Source: Gonapodya sp. JEL0774
Lineage: Eukaryota
Direction: 5' to 3'
NCBI GenBank assembly: GCA_027604505.1
Contig: JADIIX010000005.1
Span: 186,001 to 250,000 of the forward strand
DNA: 64,000 nt
Positions 1-11,544 of this stretch are shown one piece after another. Positions within the stretch are counted from its first letter, which is position 1. The number at the start of each line of letters is the position of its first letter. The position numbers and the translations under genes are program-made. Under the pieces are notes generated by a model. The model was given only the letters and a program-made list of their open reading frames with translations, was not told where the DNA came from and did not search any database.

Positions 1-89
1 ACCAAGTCCATGTCTTTGATGATGACATTGCCTCCAAGTTCGAATGTGAGCTTCTCGATTTCGATTGCGGGTGTGGATGAAGCCGTCAT
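1..89 (-). CDS. 5' end of an ABC-type ATPase (possibly CAF16-like); runs off the window
   Basis: The minus strand from ATG at 89 reads MTASSTPAIEIEKLTFELGGNVIIKDMDL, typical of the N-terminal strands that precede the Walker A motif of ABC ATPases. The P-loop lies outside the window. Confidence 0.55.
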   Translation of the reverse strand, partial: MTASSTPAIEIEKLTFELGGNVIIKDMDL

Positions 90-838
90 TTGCAGTTGAG
101 GGGGGTGATTGCTGTGAAAGGTGGGATAAAGCAGAAGATTGCAAGTCTGAGAACGGAAGTTGTCGAGTGAAAATGGGTTTGCTTTTAAATCAACCAAGGG
201 CTGTGACTGTGAATGTGAATCGGCCTGGCGGTTGGGGAACCTGTATCGGTGCCACCCTGCCACCCTTCATCGGAGATAAAAACCAACCAATCAGAACGAC
301 TTTATCAGTATGTCTGTGGCGAGAATATTACAAAAACATCACGCCGAAAATTGTGATTGGATTGATTCAGAGCGGCAGTACTCGCCCAGATTACCTAAGA
401 ACGACACGTTATGCAGCAACCGAGTCATTTAGTTACGCTGTTGCACGATGGGTGGGCCGCCGGGAGCCGACTGACGGGCAGAATCTCAGTGTGAGAGTCG
501 GGATAAAGTCAGACAGTCTTCCGCGTCGGTAACTGCCGAACGGGCGGGTTCGTAGATTATTTTGACAGTTCCCCATATCATGGTGACACAGAAAGCTTCA
601 AGTATCGTGGAGATGAATCATTATTTGGGAGTCTGGAAGGATGAATGCTGATGAATGTAACACAATAAGAGACAGTGGTGTCTTCGGTTCCGCATTTCCA
701 TTCCCACAACTCTTCAAACAATGCAACTGTGGACACGCCAGGTTTCACTTCAACGCCGTTCCATTTCCCTATTCGATTCTTCTTCCTTGCTCCATTGATT
801 CCTTCCGCCCCATTGATTCTCTCCGGCGGTTCGGTGAT

Positions 839-858
839 CTTCTCTAACCTTCCAGAAC
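839..858 (+). promoter_or_regulatory. Candidate heat-shock element (HSE)
   Basis: cTTCt-cTAAc-cTTCc-aGAAc: four alternating nGAAn/nTTCn pentamers with one mismatch, about 60 nt upstream of a TATAAA box. Confidence 0.45.
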
Positions 859-920
859 CGTCCGGTTTCGAAACACCACGGCATCACGCAAGCCATCTCG
901 GTTACGCAAGCATCAGTCTT

Positions 921-926
921 TATAAA
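921..926 (+). promoter_or_regulatory. TATA box of the PB1-domain gene
   Basis: TATAAA about 65 nt upstream of ATG 988. Confidence 0.5.
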
Positions 927-987
927 GAAGCCCGAGTGCGATGTGTCTCCATCAACTCGTTTTCATCGAATCGAACGAAAGAAACAA

Positions 988-2280
988 ATGTCTTCATTCA
1001 AAGTCTTCAACCCCGTGACGGGTGTCACCAGGAGGATCGCTGCGAGCGCTGATGCTGCGTGGGAAGATGTTGAGCAGCAAGTAAGTTGTCGCTCGCTCTT
1101 CTTTAATGCTGATATGCCCGCTCAAATCACGTACCTCGTCGTTCTCGTTGCCAATTTTGTTCAACTTCAGATCCGTACCATCTTCGCTGTTCCGCCCACA
1201 GACGCCATTGCTGTGACATACACGGATCACGACGGAGACGTTATCACCATCAGCACCACGCAAGAGTTCCGTGAGCTTGTTTCGTCCTCCACGTCAGTCA
1301 AGTTCGTGGTCACCACCTTGGCACCCAGCTCCAAGTCCAGCGAAAGCGATATCGACTTGGGCACTCCGAAATCAGACGTGGAGGCTAAGCGAGAGGGAGA
1401 ACGAACCTCAGCCGGGGAGGATGACAGTGCGGCGAGGAAGGACGATGAGGAGTGGGTGTTGGAACAGGTGCCCACTTCGGAAGCTGCGTCGGGTGAACCT
1501 GTCAACGTCGATGAATCGGAAAGCAATTCGAAAGAGGATGCAGAAGTCACAACTGACCGAGACGCACCAAACGATGAGCGTGAGAAGGTGAGCCGTCCCG
1601 TGCTCTCTGTTCATTTTCGTTCTTGTCTCACCTCCCGCCACTCTGAACTTCATCAGACAACTCTCGAGGACATCACTGCCTCTGAGGAATCTGCTTACCC
1701 TTCAGCCAACGGCGCGGTGGACCAGAAATCAATACTAGAGCCTGCAGAGACGGAGGTTGAGGCAAAGGAAGAGGCGACCGCTGAGAAGACAGCTGCGGGG
1801 GAGAGTCAACGTACAACGGCGGTCGACTCAGACAAGGACGCCGGCAAGAAGGCGGTGGACGATTCGGGGGAGAAGACTGGGACCGGAGAGTCACCAAAGA
1901 ATGGAGACGATGGGAAGGCAGAGTTCAGTCTCGAGGAAGAACTGGCAAAGGGCTTCGAAGAGGTACGGTTATTCTTGGGTTTCTTTCTGTCTGCTTCGTG
2001 AGACGCTAAATGTTTTTCCTCGTAATACGCGTAGCTCCTCGCCGCAACACTTCCCACTGCCTTCTCCTACCTCTCACACCTTTCTCGTGTCGCTGCCGAG
2101 CGTGAAAACTACTATCCAACCAGGGAGCGTGTCTACGTCTACCGCCGACCAGTGTATGCTTACCGTCCGCACCCTGTGGCGTTTTTCGGCAGGCCAGTTG
2201 TAGCGGGTGCGGGATCTTGCTGTGGAAGGAGGCAGGTTGTGGCGCATGTTCCGGGAGGAGGGTGTGCCAGGTGGTGCTGA
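988..2280 (+). CDS. PB1-domain protein with acidic disordered middle and Cys-rich C-terminal tail (4 exons)
   Basis: Exons about 988-1080, 1171-1587, 1657-1962 and 2035-2280 with GT..AG introns. Spliced N-terminus MSSFKV...RRI...YTDHDGDVITISTTQEF carries the PB1 basic Lys and the OPCA motif. Ends GSCCGRR...GGGCARWC*. Confidence 0.75.
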
Positions 2281-2735
2281 GGTGGCATTCTGGGAGAGGT
2301 GGAAGGGAGTTTTTGGAAGCAGTAAGCAGTACTTAAACCGTAAATGATGTTTTGTACACAATAATGTTATTGGATTTGAGTTGAAGATACATTTACTTGA
2401 TGAGTTATCAAAACAAATCCATGTTCAAGTGAAGAAGGATTCTCACACGAACTAATTGTCCCATTCCGCGATGCTGAAACAGAAAGACGATGGAGCGAGC
2501 CAACCGTTCACGTACCAATGAAGGAAGTGTCTGGTAAGAAAGGCGAGTCAAAATTTGTAATAACTCTATCCTGTTATTCCCAGAGTCATAGTTGAGGTGA
2601 TATTACGTACATACAGAGCAAGTGAGCAAGTGAGTAAGGGAGGCAGATCGGGGTTATGGGTCTGAGACCCTGAGCTCCCACATATATCAAAAACATGCAT
2701 TGGCTCAATTACCCCAAAGCAAGCATTTGGCAACG

Positions 2736-4659
2736 ATGTTGGGCAAGGACGATCTGTTTGACTCGCCACCGGTCGAATTTCATCCCTTGCGCATCTCAAG
2801 ACTTTGTCAAGGCAAGCGAGGCAAACGCCCAAATGTGATTTCAGAGAACATCCGAGTCGGAGCTTTAGGCTCGCCAAAAAACACAATCTACTACGATGGA
2901 AAAGGGGAAGGAGCTCTCTGGAGCTTTGATATTGACATCGATATCGCATGCCCTGGCGAGAGCTGTTCATGCGTGGTGCTCACACAACCGGTGAGCTCAC
3001 TCCCCAAGCCTTACTTCCGATGCCTGATTTCCGATGGAACTAAAGTAGCTGCTATTCAGTTTACAGTAAGGCTGCACGTGTTTTGCCCATCAACAAGCGA
3101 GGGGAGGCTTGTAGATCTCCCTCTGGGAGGGGGAACGTACGAATGGGAAGCTCCTCCGCAAGTGCAAGTGCAGGTGCACAGCTCTGAGACTATTATTTCT
3201 TTCAATCTGGAGGCGAAGCAAAAAATATCTGTTCCAGGAACTCTTCGGAAGTATGCGGCCTTTGAGATCCGTGCTGCAGAATCCCCCTATCGTTGGGTCA
3301 CCTCTCTTTTTCATTATCGAAGTTGGGATGTAAAGAAGGTTAGAAATTCTGGCGACGGAACTTCTTCTCCGCTTTGGCTGTGTCCTATACTTAAAAACCA
3401 ACAGCGGGACCGAGCTCAAGACGTGGAGCTTCTTCGCTTTGTCGGATTGGTGAATGGGAGAATCATCGGAACACGGGATTCTCTTCTTACAATAACTGAG
3501 TGGGTCGGAATTGTTTGAAAACAACGGTTGCTGACTTGAACACTGATTTATTTCTGCTATATTGTGTGTACTACCTTCATGTGGACGAGAAAAGTGTCAG
3601 TGAGTTCTGTGCAGCATCAAGTAAGCGTTGTTGTGATTCATCACCTTCCACAAACAGTTCCACCTGCCCAACTCCCATTCAATACATCCGAAAACCTCCT
3701 AACTACATTAATCCAGACCCCAGTATCACAGACGACGTATTTGGGTCCGTCGTTTCAAATTCCCATTCCATCCCCTGATCAAGTTTGTCCACCAATCCAA
3801 TCGCCAACTCAACCGACGAACAATGTGATCCCTTTCATCGAACCTCTTGGACCAATGGCAATGGTGGTTCAGTCATCGATTGGGCCTCCTACACCTTTCC
3901 TGCAGAGCAGAACCCCGGTTTTGCACAGTCTGCACCCCAGTTGTGCGACGACTCGATCTTATCCAGCAGTGGATATATTCGGAGACAACATATCTTGTGA
4001 GTGATGTAATAGTTTATAAACGTTGTGGAATTGGCGAAGTCGAATCCAAAAGAGTTTTTAGGTGTTTCTTCCCAACTATTGCTTGAGAAGGTGGACGGTA
4101 CAACCCAGGAACTATGCATTCTTCAGAAAGAAACGAGCGTTAATGGCTTGATGGCTATTTTTCCCTTGGAGAATGAGGAATGTGAAGTAAATGTCTGTGT
4201 ACGCACCTTGATAAATGGCGTTTGGGTGGGCTCAGAGGAAGGTGTTCGCTTTCGTTACGTGAATAGTGAGTGTCAGGTGATTGTATGTTGGAACCACATC
4301 TCAAATCAGCTTTTACAGTTGCAAAACTGTTGGAAGCCGAAAGCTTGAGAGTCGAAAATCAGAAGCATTTGGCAAAAATCGGTTCACTCTATGGAGAAAT
4401 ACAATTCCTTTCTGACTTCCTTCAAAAAAACTTCCAATCTGGTAAGTGTGCGAGCCTTTTGCTTGAGGCATGACTGCTCACGTGGATTGCAGGCATCGGG
4501 CACCCTCCTTCAAGTATACAACAGCTTGGTTACTGCCGTTACGCACCTCGATGGAGAAACTCCGATCACCTGCAAGGCGTCTCAGCCTTGAAACAGGGTA
4601 CCAGAATCGTGGTTACCCTAGTGGACTTCGTGATCGTCAACTTGTCGGAGTTCTGGTAA
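2736..4659 (+). CDS. Hypothetical multi-exon protein with an IPT/TIG-like domain and short coiled coil
   Basis: Several GT..AG introns (donors near 2991, 3997, 4266, 4442). Spliced segment PVLHSLHPSCATTRSYPAVDIFGDNIS...VNVCVRT...SEEGVRFRYVN matches the IPT/TIG pattern (P.I..l.P....v.I.G.N ... F.Y). It is followed by heptad-like LLEAESLRVENQKHLAKIGSL. Confidence 0.5.
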
Positions 4660-5272
4660 GGCATCACAAGGGTTGGGACTTTCTTGGTCGCTGAGTAATT
4701 TTCAATTAATTTGTTAAATTTTTGTATTTTTTCTTTTGTATTTCTAGGCATTCTATTGTGTCCGGTGAACGTCCGCTGTATGGTTTCTGGATACCCATCG
4801 TATACATTCAAGACGGTGTGGTGACTAGAGCGTTTATCCAGCACGATGCAGTTTTCGGGCCTGAAGAGTGCAGTTTGCTCGGAAGAATCTGGAGGATTCT
4901 CGCTTATAGATTTGTGGAAAACAACGCGGAAGCATTTACCATTTACCATGGCAAATCTACCCTACACCGTCTCTTAGATGAGATTCATAACCTGGATGAT
5001 TCGGGTATGTTGTCGTCAAATTCAGTGTTCCGCGTCAAGCTAACTTTCCGTTCACACATCCCCCACTGCTTCAAGTACCCGACCAATTTTGCAGGGAGAA
5101 GTTGTTTGGTACGCTTGTGCCCTCCCCCTCCCATCCGCCTCCACCCCTCCAGCCCCGCCCCACCCCAACAACCACCCAACCCACTCACAACCCTCTCCTC
5201 AAAAACTACATCCCCCTCCTCGTACCTTACGGCCAACCCGGCGCCCGGCAACCTCCCAACCCGTTTTGGCAG

Positions 5273-8200
5273 ATGTTTGGTTCGGTTGGAGCGGGCGGGG
5301 TGGGCGGTGGTGGTGGAGGGAACGACAACGTGGGTGGGCGAGGTGGCAGTATGGCGTACACCTCGTTCCCACCACCCTCGGGCACCACCGCGTCGGATGT
5401 CACCCCCGGAACCGCGGCAGGCGCGGTGCCGCGGCCCGACCGCGTCAAACACCTCTGGGCCGCCGTGGCCTCTGCCTCTTCTGCTGGCGGAGAACGCAGG
5501 TCGAATAGTGTGGCCATCGCGGGCGATGGGGGCGAGGCAGGGGTGGAGGGGGGGGAGTATGGGTTCGGTGGTGTGGCAGGGGTGGGGATGGGTGCGGCTC
5601 AGATGCACGTGCACGCGCACGCGCACGCGCAGATGCAGATGCAGCAGGTGCAGATCGCCCAGATGGCCCAGATGCCGGCGCAGGCCGTGCAGTACCACAT
5701 GACCTACCAGCAGCAGGTACAGCAGCAGCACCAGCATGGACAAGGCCAGCTGGTCCAGGAGCAGTATCACCCGGGACACCAGTACGCGCATAGAGTGGGG
5801 GGTGGGGGGGAGCATGGGCAGGGTCAAGGCCAGGGCCAGGGACAGGGACAGGCCCGGGAAGGTGCTGGTGGTGGCGGCGGCCCGCAGAGGAGGCCCAGGT
5901 CTGTGTCAACGTATGATGGAAGTGGGTCTGCGCCGCCCCAGCCTGCACCGCCCACCCCAGCCTCCCCCGCCGGCCCGCACCCAAGCCACCCCCGCCCCCC
6001 CGGGACCCGTCCCCACCCGCACCGGATCGGCCCGTACGATGTCGGCCGAGTTTTGGGCCACGGGTCGACGGGGAAAGTGTACTTGGGCACCCACGTGGAG
6101 ACTGGGCAGAGGGTGGCCATAAAGATTATTCCGAGGGGGGTGGAGGGGGGGAGCGGGGCGGGTGGGGGTGGGGAACTGGGAGCGGGGAGGGGGCAAGTGG
6201 AGGAGGAGGTGAAGGAGGCCAACAGGAAACTGGAGAGGGAGGTGACGCTCATGAAGCTCATTCGGCATCCGAACGTGATGGAGTTGTACGATGTGTACGA
6301 GACCGAGCGGGAGCTGTGAGTGTGGTGCGCGGCGGGGCGGGGGCCGGGATCGGGGTGTGGGAGTGGAGTAGACGGCGCGCTCACTCACTCACTCACGTAC
6401 CACGACGTTCATCCCACAAAGGTACCTCATTCTCGAGTACGTCCCCGGCGGCGAACTGTTCGACCACCTCGTCAAGCGTGGCAGGTTGCCGGAACACGAG
6501 GCGCTGAACTTCTTCCAGCAGATCGTGTACGCTGTGAGGTGGTGCCATGGGTGTATGGTGTGGTACGTGGAGTAGGCGGGGTGGCAGGGGTGGTTGGTGG
6601 GCGGTTTCACTTTTCAATTCTCAATTGCTCCCCCACCCGCCACCCCGAACCCCCTCACAACCAACAGCCACCGCGACCTCAAACCAGAAAACATCCTCCT
6701 CACCCCACCCACCCCCACCTCCTCCCGCCGCATCAAGATCGCCGACTTTGGTATGGCCTCCACCTCGTTCGCGGGCCGCATGCTCCTCACATCGTGCGGG
6801 TCGCCGCACTACGCGAGCCCCGAGATTATCCGCGGCGTGGCCTACGACGGTGCCACGGCCGATATTTGGAGCCTCGGGGTGATATTGTTCGCGTTGTTGA
6901 CGGGGAACTTGCCGTTTGATGATGAGAATATTAAGAGGTTGTTGCAGAAGGTGGGTTGTTGGCGGGGTGGAAGCGGTTGTGGTGGGAAAGATCCGCACCG
7001 CGCTACTGTTCCCGTCTCGGTTTGCCCCTGCCCCCGCCCCCGCCATCACCGTGGCATTATCTCATTTCTCATGTTTCGATGGGGTTTCCCCTGCTCAACA
7101 GGTCAAGTCGGGCGTGTACGTCATACCGGATTGGGTCCCTCGGGAGGCCGCGGATCTCATCAAGAGGATCTTGGTTGTCGATCCGAACAGGAGGTTGACG
7201 GTGGGTTGGGAGGGCTGGGGACGATAAGGGGTGATGAATCGTGAACTGATGGGCTTGGCTGGTGGCTTGCTGTGTTCCCCCGCGCGATCCGATTCGATCC
7301 AGATGGATGGAATCATCCAACACCCCTGGTTCCGCTCCCGCTCGCCTCCCTCCTACCTCGTGCACCACATGGATCCCACCGTGGAGCTCGTGGATCTCCA
7401 CTCGGCCATCCCTCAGTCCAACATCGACCACGAAGTGGTGGAGATGCTAGTCTTGCTGGGACTGGGAGACGAACAGGGGGTGAAAATGGATAGGGAGAGG
7501 AGGAGGGAGACTTTGGTGAGGAGGTTGGGGACGTATGGGTAAGTGGTTTTATGTCGCGGTTTCGGGTTTCGATGTGCGGGGTGTCTCAAAGAGAGTTCGG
7601 CGTTGTTTTCTACTGATCGGTTGTAGAGACCACCCTTACGATCCGTACGAGAAGGTGTTTTACCACCTCTTGCTCAAGAGGAAGAGAGACGCGCTCGAGA
7701 ACTACGACGTGGGGAAGGATGCAGTGTACGAGAGGGAAGGTGGGTGGATCAGCCGATCGTCGAGGTTGTCGAACGTGTGAACTCAACACTACTCGATCGC
7801 ATTCATGCGTTGTTGTGTTGACCACATCATCTAGGCGGACCCCGTCGCCGTCGGGACTCGCTCAGTCCGGGATCCCCGTTCCTCGAAGCCCACATCGCTG
7901 TCAGTCAACACGCGTCGGACTTTATCGATTCTGCGCGTACCACGTTGGTGTTAGACTCGAGTGGAGATCTGTCCGCGAGACCGAGGTCCTACATGGATCC
8001 TCAAAACTCGGAACGGGTGACGACACTGCTGGCAGCCATGACGGCTCAGAACCAAAACCAAACACACGGTAGCGCTGCTGTAGGCACTGCTGGCGCTCTT
8101 AGCGGTGCTCAGGCACCAGCCCCGCAGCAGTGGGTTGAGCGGGTGAAGAAGGACGAGTCTCAGGCCACACTCATCAACGAGAGTGGGGCGGACTACTCGG

Positions 8201-9346
8201 GGGTGGCGGACTCGGGGGTGGCGGACTCTGGGGTGGCGGACTCGGGGATGGCCGATGTGTCCGCAACGCAGTTCAGGACCGGAGCAGCAGCCGAGCATGG
8301 ATTGCCGCCGCCGGCATCGCCTGGTGCGGCAGGTGCGCCTTGCAGGGAGCAGTTTGAGCAGTCGCCACCTACGATCCAAGTTCCTAGTACGATCCGGGAC
8401 GAACCAGCCTCGACTCTTCCCGAGAGTGAACTGATGTCCGGGAACGGCAAGGTGGAAGAACGCGATGCGGATCTTGTGCAAGCTATGGAGTTTGAGATGC
8501 CGAGCAAGAGGGCGCAGAGGGCTCAAATAGATGGAATGGAAGGCGTGGTGAGCCGCGGCCAAGGTATTTTGTGGATCAGAGAATCCAACTACCTGAAACA
8601 GCTTTATCCCATCGAATTATCTGACGCTCCCTGCTTCCCCAGCCATTGCCACAACTTCTCGGTCTGGTGGCGTTGGGGCTGACGCAGTTGAAACTCCGAA
8701 CCGCTCTTGGTTCGCCATTACGAATTTATTCCAGTGGAAAGCCGACTCGTACGAGCTGGTTGCGGAATTCTCTGGTGTGTGGAGCGAGGACATATCTGGT
8801 ATCGTGAAAGATACTCTTGCGGTGAGGATCCCTTCTCCAGATGGTTAGTCAAGATCAGCTGTAGCAGATGTTCGTTCGCTGGTACTGCTCTAGCAAGCGC
8901 GCGTCAAGTCTCAGAAGCGATCTAGCGGTATGGGATACAAGTGCAAGTGGGACGGAATGCCCGCTTCCGAGCGTGCATCTCAGCTACCCGGATACGGCTC
9001 CACGGACGGTCGTCCGCCCATGGTGGAAGATCTACAGTTCGTCAAGTTCAAGGTGGATTATTCCCCCGTGATGACTGAATGGACCGGATCGAGTTCTCCT
9101 GGGAAAAGATTGTGGAGAGTTATATTCACACAGCAGCAAGGTGAACCCTTTGTGTACAGTGCTTCTCAATCGCACACTAACATTGGACCGCGGATGCCGC
9201 TTATTGTTAGGCTCGTCTTCATCTCTTTTATTTTGTTTCCACAACCTCGCCTCAGCGTGGGCGCAGCTCCCCGAGATCGAAATCATCTCGTCGACCCCTC
9301 ACGCACAAAACCCACAGCCCGTTGCCACACCTCCAACTGGGAGTAG
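5273..9346 (+). CDS. Nim1/Gin4/Hsl1/Cdr2-family (AMPK/BRSK-related) Ser/Thr kinase with C-terminal KA1-like domain
   Basis: Spliced kinase motifs: [96 protein letters not shown]-terminal RSWF... / YKCKWDG / FVKFKVD / VIFTQQQG resembles Kcc4/Gin4 KA1 domains. Start codon and last exon are uncertain. Confidence 0.9.
8197..8256 (+). repeat. 15-nt coding tandem repeat x4 encoding (SGVAD)n
   Basis: tcgggggtggcggac / tcgggggtggcggac / tctggggtggcggac / tcggggatggccgat, giving [21 protein letters not shown]. Confidence 0.9.
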
Positions 9347-9722
9347 TCGAGTGAATGGCGACCGTCATTTGTACTAGTCAACTTTGTGCGAGACACTCCA
9401 TTCCGTTGTGCAGGAGCGGAAGTATGGCTTTGTAGGGAGTACGAGGGTGGTTGCATGATATTGCAACGGAGCATCTTGAAATATCGAGAGCCGGTGTTCG
9501 AACGATTCCCCATTTCGTTTTTGCTTTATCTTGATGTATGTTATTGCTGTGGGTATCTTTGGATTCTGAATGCCGCGAGCATTTCATTCGCACTGCAAAA
9601 GATTCAGTATATGATATTACACTGGCTCCCCAGAGCCAAGTCTTTCACAATCACACTCTCAAATCCTTGTACTCTGCAAAAGGACTTGAGTGCGCTGTGT
9701 TAATTGAAACACTTGGATCGAC

Positions 9723-11215
9723 ATGGACACTCTCCCCCTCGAGACCCTCCACCCCATCTTCCGCCTCCACCCTCCCTGCACTTTCTATGGCATCATTCCC
9801 CGCCTGTCTCGGTTCTTTCGAAACGCCCATCTCTGCGCGATACCAGGATGTCCGGGAGACACTGTCACGATCGACGTTCCTGTCTTGCTCGAGGACTGCT
9901 CGGTAGCAAAGCGAACCCAAGTTCCGCGAAAACGCCCTACTTTGGAAGCCCACGCGCATGCAGCGCGAAAATTGCAGTCTAAGCCTGTTTTGAAATCATT
10001 TCGGGCTCATGGCACCATCCGGAGAGGTGGTGTGGGCGGCGTGGAGCGCACGACGGGTGGTCAGCCGGTGTCTGTCCGGAGGTTGCTGGTTAGGTGCACC
10101 ATCAACTATGCATGAGGAGACTTTGTGACTGTTGCACGCGACCTTTTTCGATGAGCAGGTCCGACTTATCGCTCAATCCCGGACTCGCATCATTTACTCG
10201 CAGCTGAGGATCGATATGTCGGAGTTGGTCCTGAAAACTGACAGAGTGATTGCCAAACTCGTGGCAAGAATGCATCAGGCCTTCGACTTTGTCAGAGAAC
10301 ACAGTATCCGCGAATTGTGGTTGAGTGACCCAAATTGCATGAGGATCATAGGAGAGTTTATGCCATTGGAGATGACAGTGAACTCTGTTAAATCGATAAC
10401 CTCCACTCCAAATGCCTTGTCAGAAAGCGATTTTGCATTGCTGGGGGAGCTTTCTCGCTCGCTTCCCCCGTGCTACCACATTCCGTGGGCCGCTATTGTA
10501 CCCCATGGGCTTGAACCTTAAACCACAACTAAATCGCCTTGTGAGATTCATACATGAGGCCCGAAAGCGGTCAATAACAGCACTCAAGGTAGCGTGGGAG
10601 GATCAAATCCCTTGGCTGGAAATGGGTGTTGAGGAAGATGAAATCCGATTCCATTTGCTGTCGGCACCATCAATCTGTCCGAACCTGAGCAAGCTCGGAG
10701 TCTTGCCGCTATTCAGTGATATTTGGGACAAGTTTGTGTCTGACCATCTGTCCTTGGAATCTTTACGAGGTCTGTCACAACTGCGAAAACTCCACATCAT
10801 GCTTATGGCAGTGGGGCTTGATTCTGCACCATCACGCGAACATGTGTCAGACCTCTTCAACAGAATCATACTACAACTTATACCAGGCCTGCAAGCAGTT
10901 GTTGTCTCATTCGACTTTCGACCAGTATCTGATCAGGAAGACCATGATGACCCACCTTTAATCAAGGACGCAGGCTTTGGCCTGCCATATTTCCTTGACT
11001 TTCTGATCCGTCACTTTGATGACACGAGCCTCAACCATAATTGGAGCGCTGCAGAATGCACACGAATTGTAGAGCTTGAAATATTGGCCCGAGGGAATGG
11101 TCACAAACCAGAGCGGCTACATCTGTACACCACACACCCGGACTGGCCAAAACCAATTCAGGACTGGAATAGGCGCTTATGTGCAGTCATTGCTAACGGG
11201 AAGAGGCGGGCATAA
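9723..11215 (+). CDS. F-box-like protein with LRR-like C-terminal region; one frame change unresolved
   Basis: N-terminal MDTLPLETLHPIFRL...IIPRLSRFF resembles an F-box (LP.E....IF ... l..vsr.f). A plausible intron 10089-10158 joins the first two frames. The change of frame near 10500-10590 has no strong acceptor. Contains the LRR-like LESLRGLSQLRKLHI. Confidence 0.55.
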
Positions 11216-11544
11216 TGATGATTCGAGCAAGCTGTGGCTGAACTATAGAAGAACACCTGAATGCGATCACTTAAGTCTTGCATAAAGGTTGGAAAGGAAT
11301 TCGGAATATGTCATCTAACTGTCACTAGATGTATTTTATGAGTTTACTACTTGCTCAGCACTCCAATCATCTTGTGTACTGGTCAGTCGCGGTGACGGTC
11401 CATGAATACTAGTTCAATTTGAACGCAACGCACCACCGCCAGGACACGACTCACCGCTCCAAAAGATCTCAATTCATTTCTTTGCGCACTTTGATCACAT
11501 GAACCTGTTCCCTTCCTCTGTGTCCCCGTGCACGAGTATTCCCT

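Noticed and set aside
65..532. 155-aa ORF in the divergent promoter region
   Set aside because: Non-ATG start, no motifs, and it overlaps the start and promoter of the minus-strand ABC gene.
4722..6388. Several long overlapping and antisense ORFs over the kinase 5' region
   Set aside because: Stop-codon depletion in very GC-rich sequence explains them. Only one frame carries kinase motifs.
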